From contig NC_087245.1 of assembly GCF_037042905.1 (NCBI RefSeq), positions 9,364,001-9,428,000 of the forward strand: 64,000 nt of DNA, in the 5' to 3' direction. Made by a program: the position numbers and the translations under genes. This document shows positions 29,463 to 44,348 of this stretch, in pieces. The notes under the pieces are model-generated. The model searched no databases. It was not told the origin of the DNA and saw only the letters and a list, made by a program, of their open reading frames with translations. Within the stretch, counting starts at the first letter, position 1; each line of letters starts with the position of its first letter. The stretch comes from Lytechinus pictus. Lineage: Eukaryota.

Positions 29463-30420
29463 AAGCCAGGTTCTACACTACTGGAGGAAAAATGGAAATA
29501 TTTGGTATTTCAAATGGGATTACCAAGAATATATATAATAATTGCCTAATGTTGGCAGCCGCTTTATTTGTATACCGCAAATTATATACACATCACTATC
29601 TTGTGATAGTGAGCGATATTTCAAAGTTTAATGAATTTCTTATTGTACATTCAACTTTTGTGACATTTTTAACGTGATGTTCGTTTGATTTGGTAAAGTT
29701 AACATTTCGTTGGGGTGGACAAAGCCTTTAATTGGTCGATATGAAATTTGTATATAACCGGCAAAATGAAAGTGGCTTTTCATATTTTGCTCAATGAAAT
29801 AAATTCAAGGGGAAAATCTCTTTTAGTAAAATAGTAAAGAATCAAAAGTCAAACGAATTCTTCCATATAGTTTTTTTGGGGAAATCAATTATTGAAAGAC
29901 TGTATTAAATTTTATTCAAGCTTTTATTCATCATTTCTCATAATGCATCATCAAAATGTCATCTCCCCGATTGGTTATTATGCTAACGAGTATGGTGTTA
30001 AATTCCAATCGGACATTTACAGGATATCTATAACCCATATTCAAACAAATTGTAACACGAATAATATGGATATAAACAACTCTTTTAAAGTATTACCGCC
30101 TACAACCTCTTTGTTTCTCTTGATTAATGTTCTGAAACGAGGATAACTCGGTGCGGTGACGAGCTGCCAAAATAATCTAAACAGCAACCATCAAATTCTT
30201 CTCTTTCTTACGGTTCACTCCATTCATATTCTCATTTTTAAAGATATTAATCGCCAGATTTACCAAAGCCCTATTCTCAAAACATCACTGAAACCCTACA
30301 CCAGATTATGTTGCTAATTGTTGACCCTAAGGAAGTATTGATGGAGGTTAACAAGAAGTAAACAGACCTAATAATGTAATTTCGTGTTAATGTTTGAACT
30401 TGAGATTGGGGGAGAGTGGG

Positions 30421-30515
30421 TGAGGGTGTGTGTGTGTGTGTGTTTGAGGGTGTGTGAGTGTGTGTGCGTGTGTGTGTGTGTGTGTGTGTGAGCGCATGTG
30501 AAGGTGTGTGTGTGT
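30421..30515. repeat. (GT)n microsatellite
   Basis: Directly visible. Confidence 0.95.
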
Positions 30516-30768
30516 AGGAAGTGTGAGTATGATATATGGAGAAAGGATGGATCGAGAGAAATTCAAAAGATAGGGATCGGATTATTACAAGATCCACACA
30601 CAACTTTATACACACTCACACATAACTCCTAACCGCGCGCACACACCTACAAAACACACACACCCTAAACCAATTTTTAATTTCATTGCGTACGCATCCG
30701 AGCTCAATACACACACAGATAAAAAGTGGAATTTAAAGCATAAATTTTGCGCTCGTGGGTGTGGGTGT

Positions 30769-31092
30769 GGAGCGTTGTGGCCCGGTGGATTAGTATCCGG
30801 ACTTCGAAACAGAGGGTCATGGGTTCGAATCCCAGCCATGGCGTATTATCCGTCGGCAAGAAATTTATCCACATTGTGCTGCACAATGGGTACCCGGTAG
30901 GGTTTTTCCTTGAACGCTTTAGCGCTTATTAATATGGCGGCTCAGCTACAGCCGGGGTAATGATATGATACCAAGTATCAAAGCACAGTTGAGTATATGC
31001 ACATAGTAACTGTGCTATATAAATGGACATATTATTATGATTATTATTATTATCATTCTTATTATTATTATCATTATTATTATTATTATTAT
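30769..31092 (+). mobile_element. tRNA-derived SINE
   Basis: A box TGGCCCGGTGG, B box GGTTCGAATCC, shared body, (ATT)n tail. Confidence 0.85.
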
Positions 31093-34000
31093 ATTTCAAT
31101 ATTCTCATTAGAGCTTTTCCTTGCTTAAAACAGGTTCAGTGACCCAATCAGATGTGTATAAGAGGCGATGGTGTGTGCTGTGCGAGTATGTGAGTAAACA
31201 TTGGCTTAAATAGAAAACAAAATGTAGGAATTATCTTGAACCCGAAAATAGCCTCCCTACTGGGTTCTGATTCCCCTTCAGCACGTGAGACAACATTTTT
31301 TTTTCATCATACATTGAATAAATTATATTTAAAACATTATTGCGAGATTAAGTGCAAACAAGATAATGAACAACATAGTGGAGTTGAAAGCTTTGAAAAC
31401 TTCTAATGTTCAAGATAGTGCAAACTTATATTTATTCATCAGTTGATTTTATGGCTATAATTATTACCAAGCTTACAACAAAAACAAACTTAAGTTAATG
31501 AAATCTTTGACCCTAGAGATGTACTTTATATTTGCTTACTAACCTACACGCATGGTTGCCCATTCATCATGCATGGTATTCACTCTCCATTAATGGAAGA
31601 CTAATAATCGAATTTTAATTGGTTGTTATACCGTACCCTCTATATCCTCTAATCGTCATCCAAAAAAGGCAGTGGTTTAAATTGTGTAATATCTAGAAAC
31701 CCTCCTACCATTGGCTTCTATTGTTTCAGTTATTAGAATAATCGTACCGCTTACTTTATATCGATTTTAGTTTGACATTAGGCGTCAAATCAGCAGACTT
31801 ACATGTGACAAAACAAGTCAGGCATAGGGGATCAGAGTTAAAGAGGCTAATTTAGTTTAATGATTATTGGAAGAATATATCAGATTCTTTTAATAAAAGG
31901 TACAATCTGCCAGATATTCAACCAAATCTAAGGCCAACGAAAAAGTTGAAAATACAAAAACAATACAATTATTTTACAAAAAAATCATATTCTTTTCTTG
32001 AATCCATTGTCGGTTGGGGATCAGCGATCTTTATGTCATGGATGTAGATGAGTGATCGAAAGCTAAGAGGTGTGGCATGATAAAAAAATAAAGTCGGTTT
32101 ATTTTCCTTTGGAAGTCAGCTTCGAGGATGCTCATTTCCCATGACAAGAATTCTCTTCGTCATTATCGGTCACATAACGAAGAAAACATGAAATGTGAAT
32201 TAATATAGAAAATTTAAAAAGTATTCAGGAGTCAGGTTAAAAAAGTAATTTCATTGCAACCAACCAAATGACCGAACGAACATTGATTTAAATACAATTC
32301 AAACTATTTACAATTAAGATTTAGACCTACAGGGGAAAACACTTGACGAATTTTTTCCACATTTCATCATATATTATTTGACCCCTAGCTAGGTCTTTGT
32401 ATGGGTTTTGTTTGAGAAATAGAATCATGAGAAAAGACCGGTCGACCCCCGTAGGCGGACGTATATATTTAGGGAAGAAGCATTTTTCCCAGCGTTTCGT
32501 TGGGCATTTCACACACGTACGCGTACGCCCGTCACGCAATTAGTCGTAAATTTGCAGGCGATCTTGAGATATAGAGAAATTTGTGATTAAAGATGGTGGA
32601 CGGTGTTTGAAAGTGACAATTACTGTCACCTCCACTGTACCATTCAACAATCGAACTTTAAAAAGGTGGACGAGTGTAAAATTTTGACTGAAAATGGCGT
32701 GTTTAAGTGCGCACCCCGCAGGGCATTGGAGCGGAGGTATTACATAAAGCGACCGTGATAAACGAGTGTCAGAATAGTGTCTGTTTTACCGTTTCTAAGT
32801 ACATATAGCGTTTATACGATTTAAAGATTTCAGACACGCACTCACAAGTGCTTTATGCAATTATCACCCTGATTGCAGAGCAAAACAAAACAATAAACAG
32901 GATAAATGATCAAGAAAATCTGAAAGGAAAATGAAATGATAAATTAGTCGACAGAATACGGAGAAAAGTGACCAATTCAGCAAACATTGGTTTGTTAAAA
33001 TTAGTTTTCTTTTCAAAACAAAATAGAAGTTTTAATGAAGGGTTTGAATTTGATATGAAATCATAATCTTACATTAACAATGTTCACTAATGTACTTATG
33101 CAGTTTTTATAATGTTCTTGGGTTTTTCTTCTCTTTAGTCTCTGTGACCTCCCTCTACCCCCTCAATTTTCTCATTCTGTAATATATTTCTACTTCTATC
33201 CCCCCCCCCCCGCTCCCGCACTTTCCTTTCTCCTATCCATCTCTTTGTATTCATGAAATATAATCATTGATACCATTCAATCATTAAGCCAAAAATCCTA
33301 TTTACTGTACTTGTAGCTATTGTTTTTTTTTTACTTTGTATAATTGTACATTAACCCTTTTAGCCCTGCTGCTGGTCAATATTGATATGTGCTTATACCA
33401 ATAAATGAATAAATAATAAACAAATAAATAATATTACTCATGCATAAATAACTCGCACCCATGATCTTCATAGTGTTCAGCAGTATGAAAAACAGCTCCT
33501 TTATGAATTTTAAACACAAGATGTTCAGAGAAGGGATTTAGTTCACGTCACTATAAAGGAATCCAAAAAAGAAAGAGGAGGGAAAGGTCTTAGCGTTAAC
33601 CACCCCTCCTGATAGAAGAGTCACCCAATTGACCCTCTAGCACAACCAAATGACGAAGCGTCACCCCCACTTAGCCCCAGGGCGTAACCGAGAATACCCC
33701 TCCGCTAGACCTAATTTCTGAAAATATTCTAAATCATCATCTTTCGTCCCATTTTTCTCGCTAATTTAAGTCCAGACGATTTATTTCACCCTTTATGCAG
33801 TCGTAACTAAGTGTATCAATATGTTTACAGTTACCAGGTACTCAACTATTCAGTAACTAATATTTGTTACCAATTATCGCTGAATGTACGTGAAAAACAT
33901 TTTGCCCATGACTAATTATCAATTTGCTAGATGTGTCATCGCTCACAATTTAGAATTTACTTTAGTTGACGTCTTCGCATTTTGTGATCCCGTGTAACAT

Positions 34001-34796
34001 TTTTTATCCGCTCTTGTTTCCAAACTTATGTTTTCGGACGTTAATTATCAATGGTCTTTTAATATATTTAAAGTTATCAAGCAGAATAAGTAGAGTTTAT
34101 AATTAAAATTGGCAATATGTTCTTCGTTCATTGTGTTAGCTTCTCAAAATCATAACACATAACATCTAGAGTTGTAGGTTTCGAAGTATCTGAGGATCTG
34201 AAAATATATATACTTTCCCTTGCGTCCGAATATAAAGCCCAAGGGTTTTTTTTTTCTTCTTTCGTTTTGACCGTATCCGACCTTCAGGTACTTCAAGAAA
34301 AGTGATTTGGACACAGACCCTCAAATTCTTTAAGAAAAATATTAAATCCATCACTTAATTGGTTTAATGAGCCTTGATGCATGTATTGTTCTTATGTTAC
34401 TTCCTACGTTCATTTAGATCGGACGTGAACGGCTAATAGTCTCGATGCGCCGAAAAGCCCGCGGGCGAAATATGAATAATGCCCACATGTAGAGAGAAAA
34501 ATATTACTTTGACTACCCTCCAAATGTTCATGAACCCTTTCCCTCTTTCCTTTCTTTCTGATCTTCCATCTCTTGCACCATTTTCTTTGATATCTATTTA
34601 CACGTTCCTCTACATCGCTTTAATTTTCTTGTCACAATTGGCGTTGCAAGTGGTTGTTTAATCCATCTTCGTTTTCGAACACTTTTCTTTTTGTTCTAAA
34701 TCTTTTACTGTTTTTGCTTCCCATTTCTACATTTGTACTCGCCTGCTCACCATTTTCTTTCTCTTTCCTGTTTTCTCGTAGCACTACTGTAAGATA

Positions 34797-34997
34797 CACT
34801 TAAAAATAAATCAGTCAAAATGGCTAGAAAATTGGGTCTGCTGGGTGCAACTGTTATTCTAGTCATATTTGACTATTCTTTGGTCGTATTTTACAAGAAC
34901 AGACAAATTTCTGACTAGAATATTATGTCAGAAATGTGACTAGACACACCAGTTGCACCTAGCTGACTATACTGATCTAGTCAATTCTGACTGATTT
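34797..34997. mobile_element. Degenerate palindromic MITE
   Basis: Nested inverted pairs AATCAGTCA/TGACTGATT, GGTGCAACTG/CAGTTGCACC and TCTAGTCA/TGACTAGA; left end TA|CACTTAAAAA. Confidence 0.6.
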
Positions 34998-37900
34998 GTA
35001 AATTTATATCGTTAAGCAAGAATTCTTAGCTTCTTTCCGAAGCTGCACTCGCACCGGATTATATTTTCTATGATTTGTTTTCGTGCCTCCTCACTGATGA
35101 GTCTTTATCATTAGATGACCGCACTCTTCCTTCACTCTTCAATTGCTTTCCGAACCGTTCCTGAGTAGCGCCCAAAGACATGCTCAATTCCCTTGGGGGC
35201 GCCCTGCAATTTGTCATTTTTAGCCATTCTGATTAATTTTCAGCGCGGTCCGTTTTCGTTTCGATATTGTTCAGAAATAATTTTGCGAGTGTCACTCAGT
35301 CAAGAAGGGGATGACGCAGTTAACGTCGAAAGTAATACTCTCCACCATCATTCAGTCTTTCACCAATCGTCCCGAGACTCCCCAAACATTCTCTTTTCCC
35401 AACGAAAATAAATGTTTAAGCGGTTTTTGGAGAGAAACTCGGGTTGAAAAGGGCTAACGAGTGGTGATAAGGTGCTGTCCTTAGTCCCGCCTGTTGATTG
35501 ACGCGGTGGGATCAAAACTTTTCATCAGAGGGCACTGCCAAGGCGTAGATTGTTCGCCTTTAAGGCATCAGGAAGGACGATATGTGTGACCCTATAGAAC
35601 TTTTGAGACTAATTGTCTTTCCCTAGTTCTTGATGTCGAACTTCTTGGGAAATTTCCTTTTTTACATTTCAAATTTTCCATTAACGCGATTGCTTAAATC
35701 CATTCCATATTGATTTTGCCGCATCCTCGGGCCAAATCATGGGCCAATGAAAATAAATATCCCCAGTTCATGATCCCTCTGCGATGTACAGACAAGTTCA
35801 ATTATGTCCGTTTCATAATTTGCTCGGGATATGAAACTTATGTCTGCTTCGTTTCTTATCCTTTTTCATCAATAAGCAGCCAGCAGAGCAACAACAATAG
35901 CAATATGTGCAATGAAGTTGTGGAACTTCCAGAGATGTCGGAAAGGAAATTATAAGTTTATTCCCTTTACACACCTACAAGCATACAACCATTGCAATTC
36001 TAAATGGAAACTAAGTATGACTGAAGTATTTCATTCTTTGTGAGCTTGGTAAGAGCTCTGGCTACTTGACACACTGTCTACCTTTAGTCACTACTGAACC
36101 ATCGCCTTCTTACAGATGGATAGGAGCTAGAGGCCGGAACCATGATTTTAAAGACACATCTTTACGCACACCCTCACATATCTTCAATCTAATCTCTCAT
36201 AAAAAAATACACACACACCACCATACTGTGTGTCATTATGACTCTGCTAAACAATGTTTCCAACAATTGCTTTCGACGCATCCAACGCATCATAGACCAC
36301 ACACGTCGTTGACGTTGTACTCCGTCAGGCGATTGATTTCGCATGCAAAATTTCGCATGCAACATACAGAAATAGGCCTATATATATTTTTCAATTTCCA
36401 TACATAATTCTATATCTTCACATAAATCATCATCACATAAATTTACAATTCAGCGGAAAACCCCACAGTCAATGATGAATATTTTTTTAGGAAAAATATT
36501 AATATTTAAAATAATATTGGATTGATATCTTTTATTACAAAGACGAATTAAAAATGATAAACCATCTTCTAATTAATTGAAATTTACAAGAGCATGCCCA
36601 ATGTTAATAACATATTCTTCAAATTAACTACAAAGTTTACCTACCCCCACTTCTTCAAAAGAAAGGGAATAAAAAAAGGCAACAAAAGTGTCAATTTAAC
36701 GGACGTCATTGTCATCTGTAATGAACCTCGATTACAAATCAACCAGCCCCTGATCTTCCCCAAGAATGGCCTCAAATAATGCGTAATATCTTTATATACC
36801 GAGTGTATCATAAAAAATAACATAAAAGTTTACTAGTTATTTTAAAATCATTAATGATTTGTAAATTACAAAATGTCATTACGGTAGAGTGTTTTGTTTT
36901 CCCGAATCATTTCATATAACTTTGCGTGATATATATCTTCACTTTATTGTGAGTGGGGGAAATTGTTTGAAAACTGTCTAGCCCGAGCTTACTTGGAAAA
37001 TTCGACATCAATATGGTTTTTTATCCATCAATATAAGTTCTCCATTAACCCGAGCAGAATCAAGTTTTAAGATAAATATACGTTTTTAATGCATATATTC
37101 TTCTTATCGCCCCATTATGGTAAATCACTATCTTGTTACATACCCCTGATCCGATTTTGGCCGAATCAAACAAATAAAATACGATTCTGTTCGATGGTAC
37201 ACTTAAATTGGCCCTAATGATGCAGCTTTATTACACGGATTTCTATTACTTCTCACTAAGTCGAGTCTCATTAGATTATATTTCCACACCCCATAAAATC
37301 TCAATAAAATGTAGAATTACTTTTTAGAGAATGTAACATTGACTTGCGTCAAAATAATGATTCATTAAAAGCTGTCATTCTTTGAAGCATCAATGTTGGT
37401 ATTTTTCCCATTGTATATGAAAGATTGTCTGTTAAAATTCGGTATAGTAACAAATGTGAAATGTACTTTTTGTATTGATAATGATGAAACAATTATGCAT
37501 ATATTTTGCGTTTGTACTCATTCTAATGTAATATGGTCGAGAATAGAATCATAGATATTTCAAAATACTCGAGGGGTGATCGTATTAACGAATGAAAACA
37601 AATTGTTTGGATTTTGTGGTACAAATAATAATGCTCTTAACTGTGTCATGATGATCGTAAGAAAAGAGATATATTTAGCCAAATTGAGAAAAGAGTTACC
37701 TTCACTTACCCCAATTATGTCGGCTTTAAAACTTTATTATGAAATGGAAAAATATATTTATGAAACAAATTTCAGAGCAAATAAGTTTAGAAAGAAAGCT
37801 GGCAATCTGTCACATTAACAAACATAATTATTACCAGTGTTTATGTCTTAGATAACTGTATCAGATCTCTTATTTTTCTTGCCGAATTTGCTTTGGCTGT

Positions 37901-40900
37901 GACACCTTATTGATTGTATAATAAGTCAGTTTGACTACATGTCTATGTATTATGAATTATGTATATACCATGTTTATTTACTGTTTGTCTGAAAAAATTG
38001 TAAATGTTTATACAGTGTAACTATGCTTTTTGAAAATAAAGAACCATGTGGAAGGGGAAAATGAAAAAAAATCCCATTATGTGACATAAACACGTTTAAA
38101 TGAATAGCATGATGATGACAACATTTATGTGCTGACTTAAAATCAAGATTTCCTTAAATTATTATTTTTTTATATGAAATTGTAACTTTTACTTTGCATA
38201 TCAAATTAGATTGTAAATTCAATCACGATGTTATGATATATTTTGTGATCGTGTCTCCCCCATAGCAAGAACACCGTCAGTTAACATCTTGAAATGTAAT
38301 TTGATATTAATTAAATGGAAACATTTAGGTTTTCACAGAAAATGTAATTCTCTAATGTTCACTGTGGCTTCAAAGTGGTAACAATCCCGTTATGTTGTAT
38401 CAAGTCATTACGATAGAGAGAAGGGATGATAAATATTTTTTGTTTTGTTGTGAAAAATTACCAGCATTTAATAGCCATTAGTTCGATTTTATAACGATCA
38501 TTGCAATTAAAATGTTTATGTTCCTCAAAGGGTGAATAAAAGTGCGCAATTATAACAAATCGATGTTGGATAATTTCCTTATGTATGATGATAAAATAAC
38601 GAACATTTGCAAATTGTTTATTAGATGATTTTGAATTGTTTTGGTGAAAACCCTTTTTTTCTGACTCACCCAGTATAGTCAGATATCAAACTTGGCAAGA
38701 GGCGATAGGGTGGTTTCAGAGATAGCATCATCGTCTTGGGTGAGACATCATCTAGTATAAAACTAACAGGTCTCTAGGGGCATGCATCTTCAACAGTTTC
38801 GACATTCTTTAAATGGGCTTCCAAACAACTAAGATCAGATGTTGTAAGATCACTTAAAGCGTCATTCTCTTGGTTTCTGCTGATTCTGTAAACGTCACAG
38901 GGATTTTTGACACTAACCTTTTCTACGGGACAAGCCTACTCTTCATTCCAACTTCAAATCGTTCAGAATATATGTATTATTTGGCAAATAAAAATAATTG
39001 ATGGGGAGCAAATCATGCAAGACTATGGATGAAAGACACAACACAAAATTGGTAAGCCATCAAGAATGAGGAAGGTATTAAACCTGCCATATAATTGATG
39101 ATATAATCGGAAATGCATCATTTTGATCATATCTAAAATCGTATTTGTTTTATCACCAATATAAAGGTACTTAGCAAATTACATTATATCAAATGATCAC
39201 GAGTGGCACCACTGAAAAAAAAGAAAAATAGATAAGAAAGAAAAAATGAAAAAGGAGAGGTCTTGGTATAGTATAACTCTTTATCATACCACGATTAGTC
39301 AATTAAGAAAATATGACGTCACACTTCTTACCGCCTCCACCCCAGCCCTATCATAAAGTGCTCCCGCCCTGCCAATGATGATTTTTCTAATATCATTAAA
39401 AAGTTGTCTCAAAGGAAAGATACATATCAAAACAAATTCTGTGTATATGAACTCCACTCAAGCCAAGGAAAGGGATGATATGTTTTATTAGGAGATATAA
39501 CACATGCGCCAATTATGAACAAAAATTCATAAGAGGGAAAGAAATAGAAAAAGCACACTCAGAGACAAAATTTAGGGTTTCTATAACATTATAGGATAAA
39601 CCTTTAGCTTTTTAATGTCTTGAAAAGGGGCTTACAATAAACGGGATCATCAAATATGATGTCTCCATGAAAGTATACAGATTTCACCAGTAATATGATC
39701 TTTCCCAGCATGCAGGTGAGCGTTTATATATCTTTAACAATGCATGAACTCTTGTTAAAAGTCAGGTTATACCGAGCCAAAAGTACGCAAGACCGTTTTA
39801 CTTGTCTCAGAAGGTCATGTAGCAAATTAATCAAGTCTTAGAATCTCTCCATGATTCAACAAGGGGAAGACGAGAGTATCTCAGTTCACAAACCTGATCG
39901 AGCCAGTGTGTAAGATTACCAAGTTTAAAAAACAACGTAAAAACTCTTCCCGAACTGGCTGAAGACACTTAAAATGACGTCATTTCTATTTTGCACATCA
40001 TGAATATCATTTGGTCTGTGTCAATGCTTCTAAGAGAAAGATACCAAATACCTCTTCTTTAGAAATAACGGTTAGTTTTTGTTGCTAATCTCTAGTTAAC
40101 GACTGCCTGTCAGTTGAAAACATGAAGCCAAATCGGTTAACAAATCTTTTTATTTCACCAAAATCTCAGGAAATTCATAAATTTGAAAGTTTAATCAACG
40201 TGATTATGGTTGAATTCAATTAATTTAATGTTCTTTAATTGGTCACAACTTTATCTGACGACAAATAGTTATTTCAGTGTTGAACTGTTTAGTTTTTCAA
40301 ATATAAATTAAGCCAAATGTTTAAAATGTCTACAATATGCGTGACGTCGAAAGCTCTCCATACACTACTCTATCTTGAAGCGAAGGATGTACTGTTCTGA
40401 TCTTTGCGATCACCTTGTTCATGTTCAATGAACTCGGATGTTCTTACGTCCGCCTACGCCTTTATCTATATCAAAGCCTCTTCCTCGTAATTAGCCATTT
40501 CTAAATTAACCGTGAAGCTCCAATTGTCCCACCAGCAGCTATCAAATTTCAAAATACGGAAGTATTAGTTTCACTCTTCCCCCTTCACGTAGAAAATATT
40601 CAAGTAATTTTATTTTCCTTAGCGCTAATGTATGTCTGTCTTCACGTCTCGTGTTGCGTGCGGCTAGGAGGACGTCCCATCGGACAACGCCCCGGGGGAT
40701 GTACCCCTAGGCTTGAAGTAAGGTCTAAAAGTAGGACGAGCACCCAGGGAGAGAGGAGGGGGTTTCACTAAAGGAGTAAAATTCAGCGTGTGAGGTTCTT
40801 GATGCTCCCTTTCATGGTCTAGACTATTATCTCATGTCTTTGACCTCAGGTTTTCAAAGGCAACATGAAATTCTTTGATGCTTCCTTACCAAGTTATTTG

Positions 40901-42904
40901 GAGCTTTGTCACTATTTTTCATACCCTTATCATAGTCCTATATCACAATTCGATGTCTTTAATATTCGCAATGAACGAAAGTAATAAGGGGTAGTCCAAG
41001 TGGGAGTTTCCTAAAGATATAACGATCTTTTCGACAATATCCAACCTTGTTTAGTTGTAATTCGTCGTAAATAGAACAATGTCTGTGAATCATTAGCAGA
41101 GATGAACATGGGAAGGGTCTCATCAAGGCATGGAGATCAAACAAACGAGTTAAGAGGCTAGTATATCAAAACACTGACGTACTAGTGGGGTATACAGGAG
41201 GGACCCCCCCCCCCTCCACTATAGAAAAAATGAAATAGATTTAATGAATAAATTCAATAATATGACTAAATAAGTAAAAAAATGATTAAATCAAGAGTAA
41301 ATTGATCAAATCAAATTCATAAATTAGCAATTAAATTAATAAGCAAATAAATGAATATATTTAACAAAACAGCAAGTTATAAAACAAAAATAAAATAAAA
41401 CAACAATAAAGAATAATAGATAAATGAAATAAAAATGAAAATAAAATTTGTTATCAGCCACTCAAATGCAATGATTTCAGTCGCTTTTAACAGCTATCGT
41501 AATTTTCCAAAGTGCATTCTGATGATGGGTGTACCACAAGGTTAATATATCACCCTCAGTGTATACTTAGATAGCCGTGTAAAATATTTCAGTTCTTATT
41601 TCTTAAATAAAGGCATAAACATAGGCCTATTCTTCATTTTTTTCACCACTAAGCAAAACTTATTAAGAACTTTGCTGAGAAGGAAATTATTACTGCATCC
41701 TTCTCCATAAAGCTCGCAACTATCACCCTTTTTATCATCACTCCCATTGCAATGGTTATACCATAATAAACTTACTGCCTTTGGAAGAAGGAATCACAAA
41801 GTTTCAAAAGAAAATGTGTTAATATAATACTGTCCACGAGAGCGATTTGGGTTTATCATAACCACCATTCTTGTAGGGTTCGTCGCTAATTAACTATCTC
41901 AAACAAATTTTAACCAGATAAAAATTGGTTGCTGGTGCATATTTTCAAATTTAGGTTTACATAAATCTATGATAAGTAGAATTAGAGTGAATTCATCGCC
42001 AATTGTAATTGTTGGATCCTCCATTTTGTTACGTCATCAATCCAGGTGACTTTCCTTTACTGTATGGCATATTATAGAAGGGGGGTCGCAAAGCCTATCT
42101 TTATGATAGGAAAGCCTTCGAATGTGACTTGATTGCCTCCTAATGATGTCGTTTTAATCACCCTCGTGAGAGGATGATAACGTGTTGAGTCTAATGGCGC
42201 GCAGACCATTAAGTAAGCTATTGCTCGTAATGAGTTGGCTTAATGACCGCCCAAGAAAAGCCAATATCACCTCCCTATACCACTATTAAGCTCCTGACCC
42301 AAAGCAGAGAAGCTAACCCCTTAACACATGAGATAAACATTCGAAAAATGCATTCGGATTGCTGATTTCTTTTTTCAAATTAGAAAATTCTGATAACAAG
42401 ACACCAGATGACGACTTTTCAAAAATTCAAACACAAAGAAGGGGAGAATAATTCAAATTAAAATAAGTTGTTGTGGTACATCATGTACAGTCATTTATCA
42501 AAATAAAAATTTTGTCAGTTCATATGTATTTATGAGAGAGTGAGAAAGAAAATGCTATTTCTATAGTTAAGAAATAAAAGTGGTCCAATAATTGACCATC
42601 GGGAAGTAATGCCACAATGTATAGAGAAAGCTGATAAATTAACAAGCAAATAATACCAATAGATTTACTAAACCTTGATCCTTGTTCGCAATATAAGTGT
42701 TATACTTATATCGAAAAAATAATATTCAAAATTATCAAAATTGTGCTATATTCTTTATCATCTCTTTTCTTCACCAATAGAAATAGTTTACCACAGGCTC
42801 GTTTCATAATCCACTCAGGTGACTGAGAATGTAAATTGTAATGAGGAATAGAGGGGCTGAGAGGTAAGAATGGATTGAATGAGGGAGGAGACGGAGATCA
42901 AACA

Positions 42905-43172
42905 AAAAAGGAAGGAAGGAAGGAAGAGAGAAAGAAAGAAAGAAAGAAAGAAGAGAGAAAGAAAGAAAGAAAGAAAGAAAGGAAGGAAGGAAAGAAGGAA
43001 GGAAAGAAAGAAAGAAAGAAAGAAAGAACTGAGAAAGAAAGAAAAAAAGAAAGAAAGAAAGAAAGAAAAAAAGAAAGAAAAAAAGAAAGAAAGAAAGAAA
43101 GAAAGAAAAAAGGAAAGAAAAATAAATAAACAAAGAATGAATGAATGAGAGAAAGAAAGAAAGAAAAAAAAA
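42905..43172. repeat. (GAAA)n/(GGAA)n microsatellite
   Basis: Directly visible. Confidence 0.95.
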
Positions 43173-44348
43173 CATGACCATAAACATTTCCCAAAAAAAC
43201 ATGATTTTTGTCTTGGTGTTGCCCCTTTAAAGCTGCAGAAGTTTATTCCTGATAAACTTGATGGTGATGTACCTAATGAGGCTGAGACCATTAGGTAAGA
43301 TATAACTGGTAATGAAGTCAGCCTACCAACGCCTTGACATATACCTCCCACATCAAGCGTGGATTCTTAGATGATTCCCACACCCTTTGTCTTAGGCTTT
43401 AATTAAGAAGAAAATGTTGGTGGTGACCTTTTGAGGCACACTTCTTTATCTCACACCCATTTTCTATCGTTTTCCGTGCTTCCGCACCCCCACCCGCTAT
43501 CCAACTCTCATTCAATCTTTCCTTGTAAATTTACCCGTTCTCTCTCGTACCCTCCCCACCCTTCATAAGTTTTTTCCCTTACCTTACTCCTTTCCCCACT
43601 TATCAAAAAAAAATTGGTCATCGTTAAACCCCTTTTTCCGTTCCTTTATTCCCCATTTAGGCACTATTCTCTGCCTTGCTGTTCTTTATATACCATTATA
43701 TTTTGATATTTTTTAAAACTTTCTATCAGATTATGTGTGCTTTAACCATCTTATTTCATTACTACTTTCTTTAGACCTCATAATAGAGATGTCATTGGGA
43801 AGAGGTAAAAATATATCTTTGAATGCTGGCATTAGTGTTGATTCTTGCAACAACACTTTTGTCATTGAGCGAGGTAATTAATTTACAATTCTGTAAAAAT
43901 AAATGATGAAAAATTAATTTTTCATATTTACATCACATATGAAAGTATTCAATTGAAAAAAAATAACCCAATACAATTTTCATAATTAATATCAATACGG
44001 TTTTGATAATATGGATGACCAGTGGCTTCCAACATAAAAAAGTATGGTTTTACTTGAATAGGCCTACTATTTCAAACAAGGTGGTTCATGAACCACTAGT
44101 CTCACCTGATTTCACGATCAACAAGTGGAACGCCTCTGGCAGTCTCGCCTGCGTTACGCGATTTGATAAACCAGCAGTGCTGACTTTGAAAAAGACTATT
44201 AAATAATTATTCATAAAAGAAAACACTCATATGATAATAAAATACTATGTCCATTTACCCAACATGACCTTTGACCATGATCATGTGACCTCAGACATGT
44301 GCAAACAACTCGATTACCCTTACGTCTATGTTTCATGAACTACATGTA

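Noticed and set aside
30769..30840. tRNA gene (also at 56201 and 13803)
   Set aside because: The cloverleaf is imperfect and each copy runs into a shared SINE body and (ATT)n tail.
35094..35125. CTGATGA followed by a short stem, hammerhead-like
   Set aside because: No GAAA after stem II and no convincing stems I or III.
38700..40150. Possible decayed LINE coding sequence
   Set aside because: Hand translation gave no convincing RT or endonuclease motif; it needs BLASTX or an HMM search.
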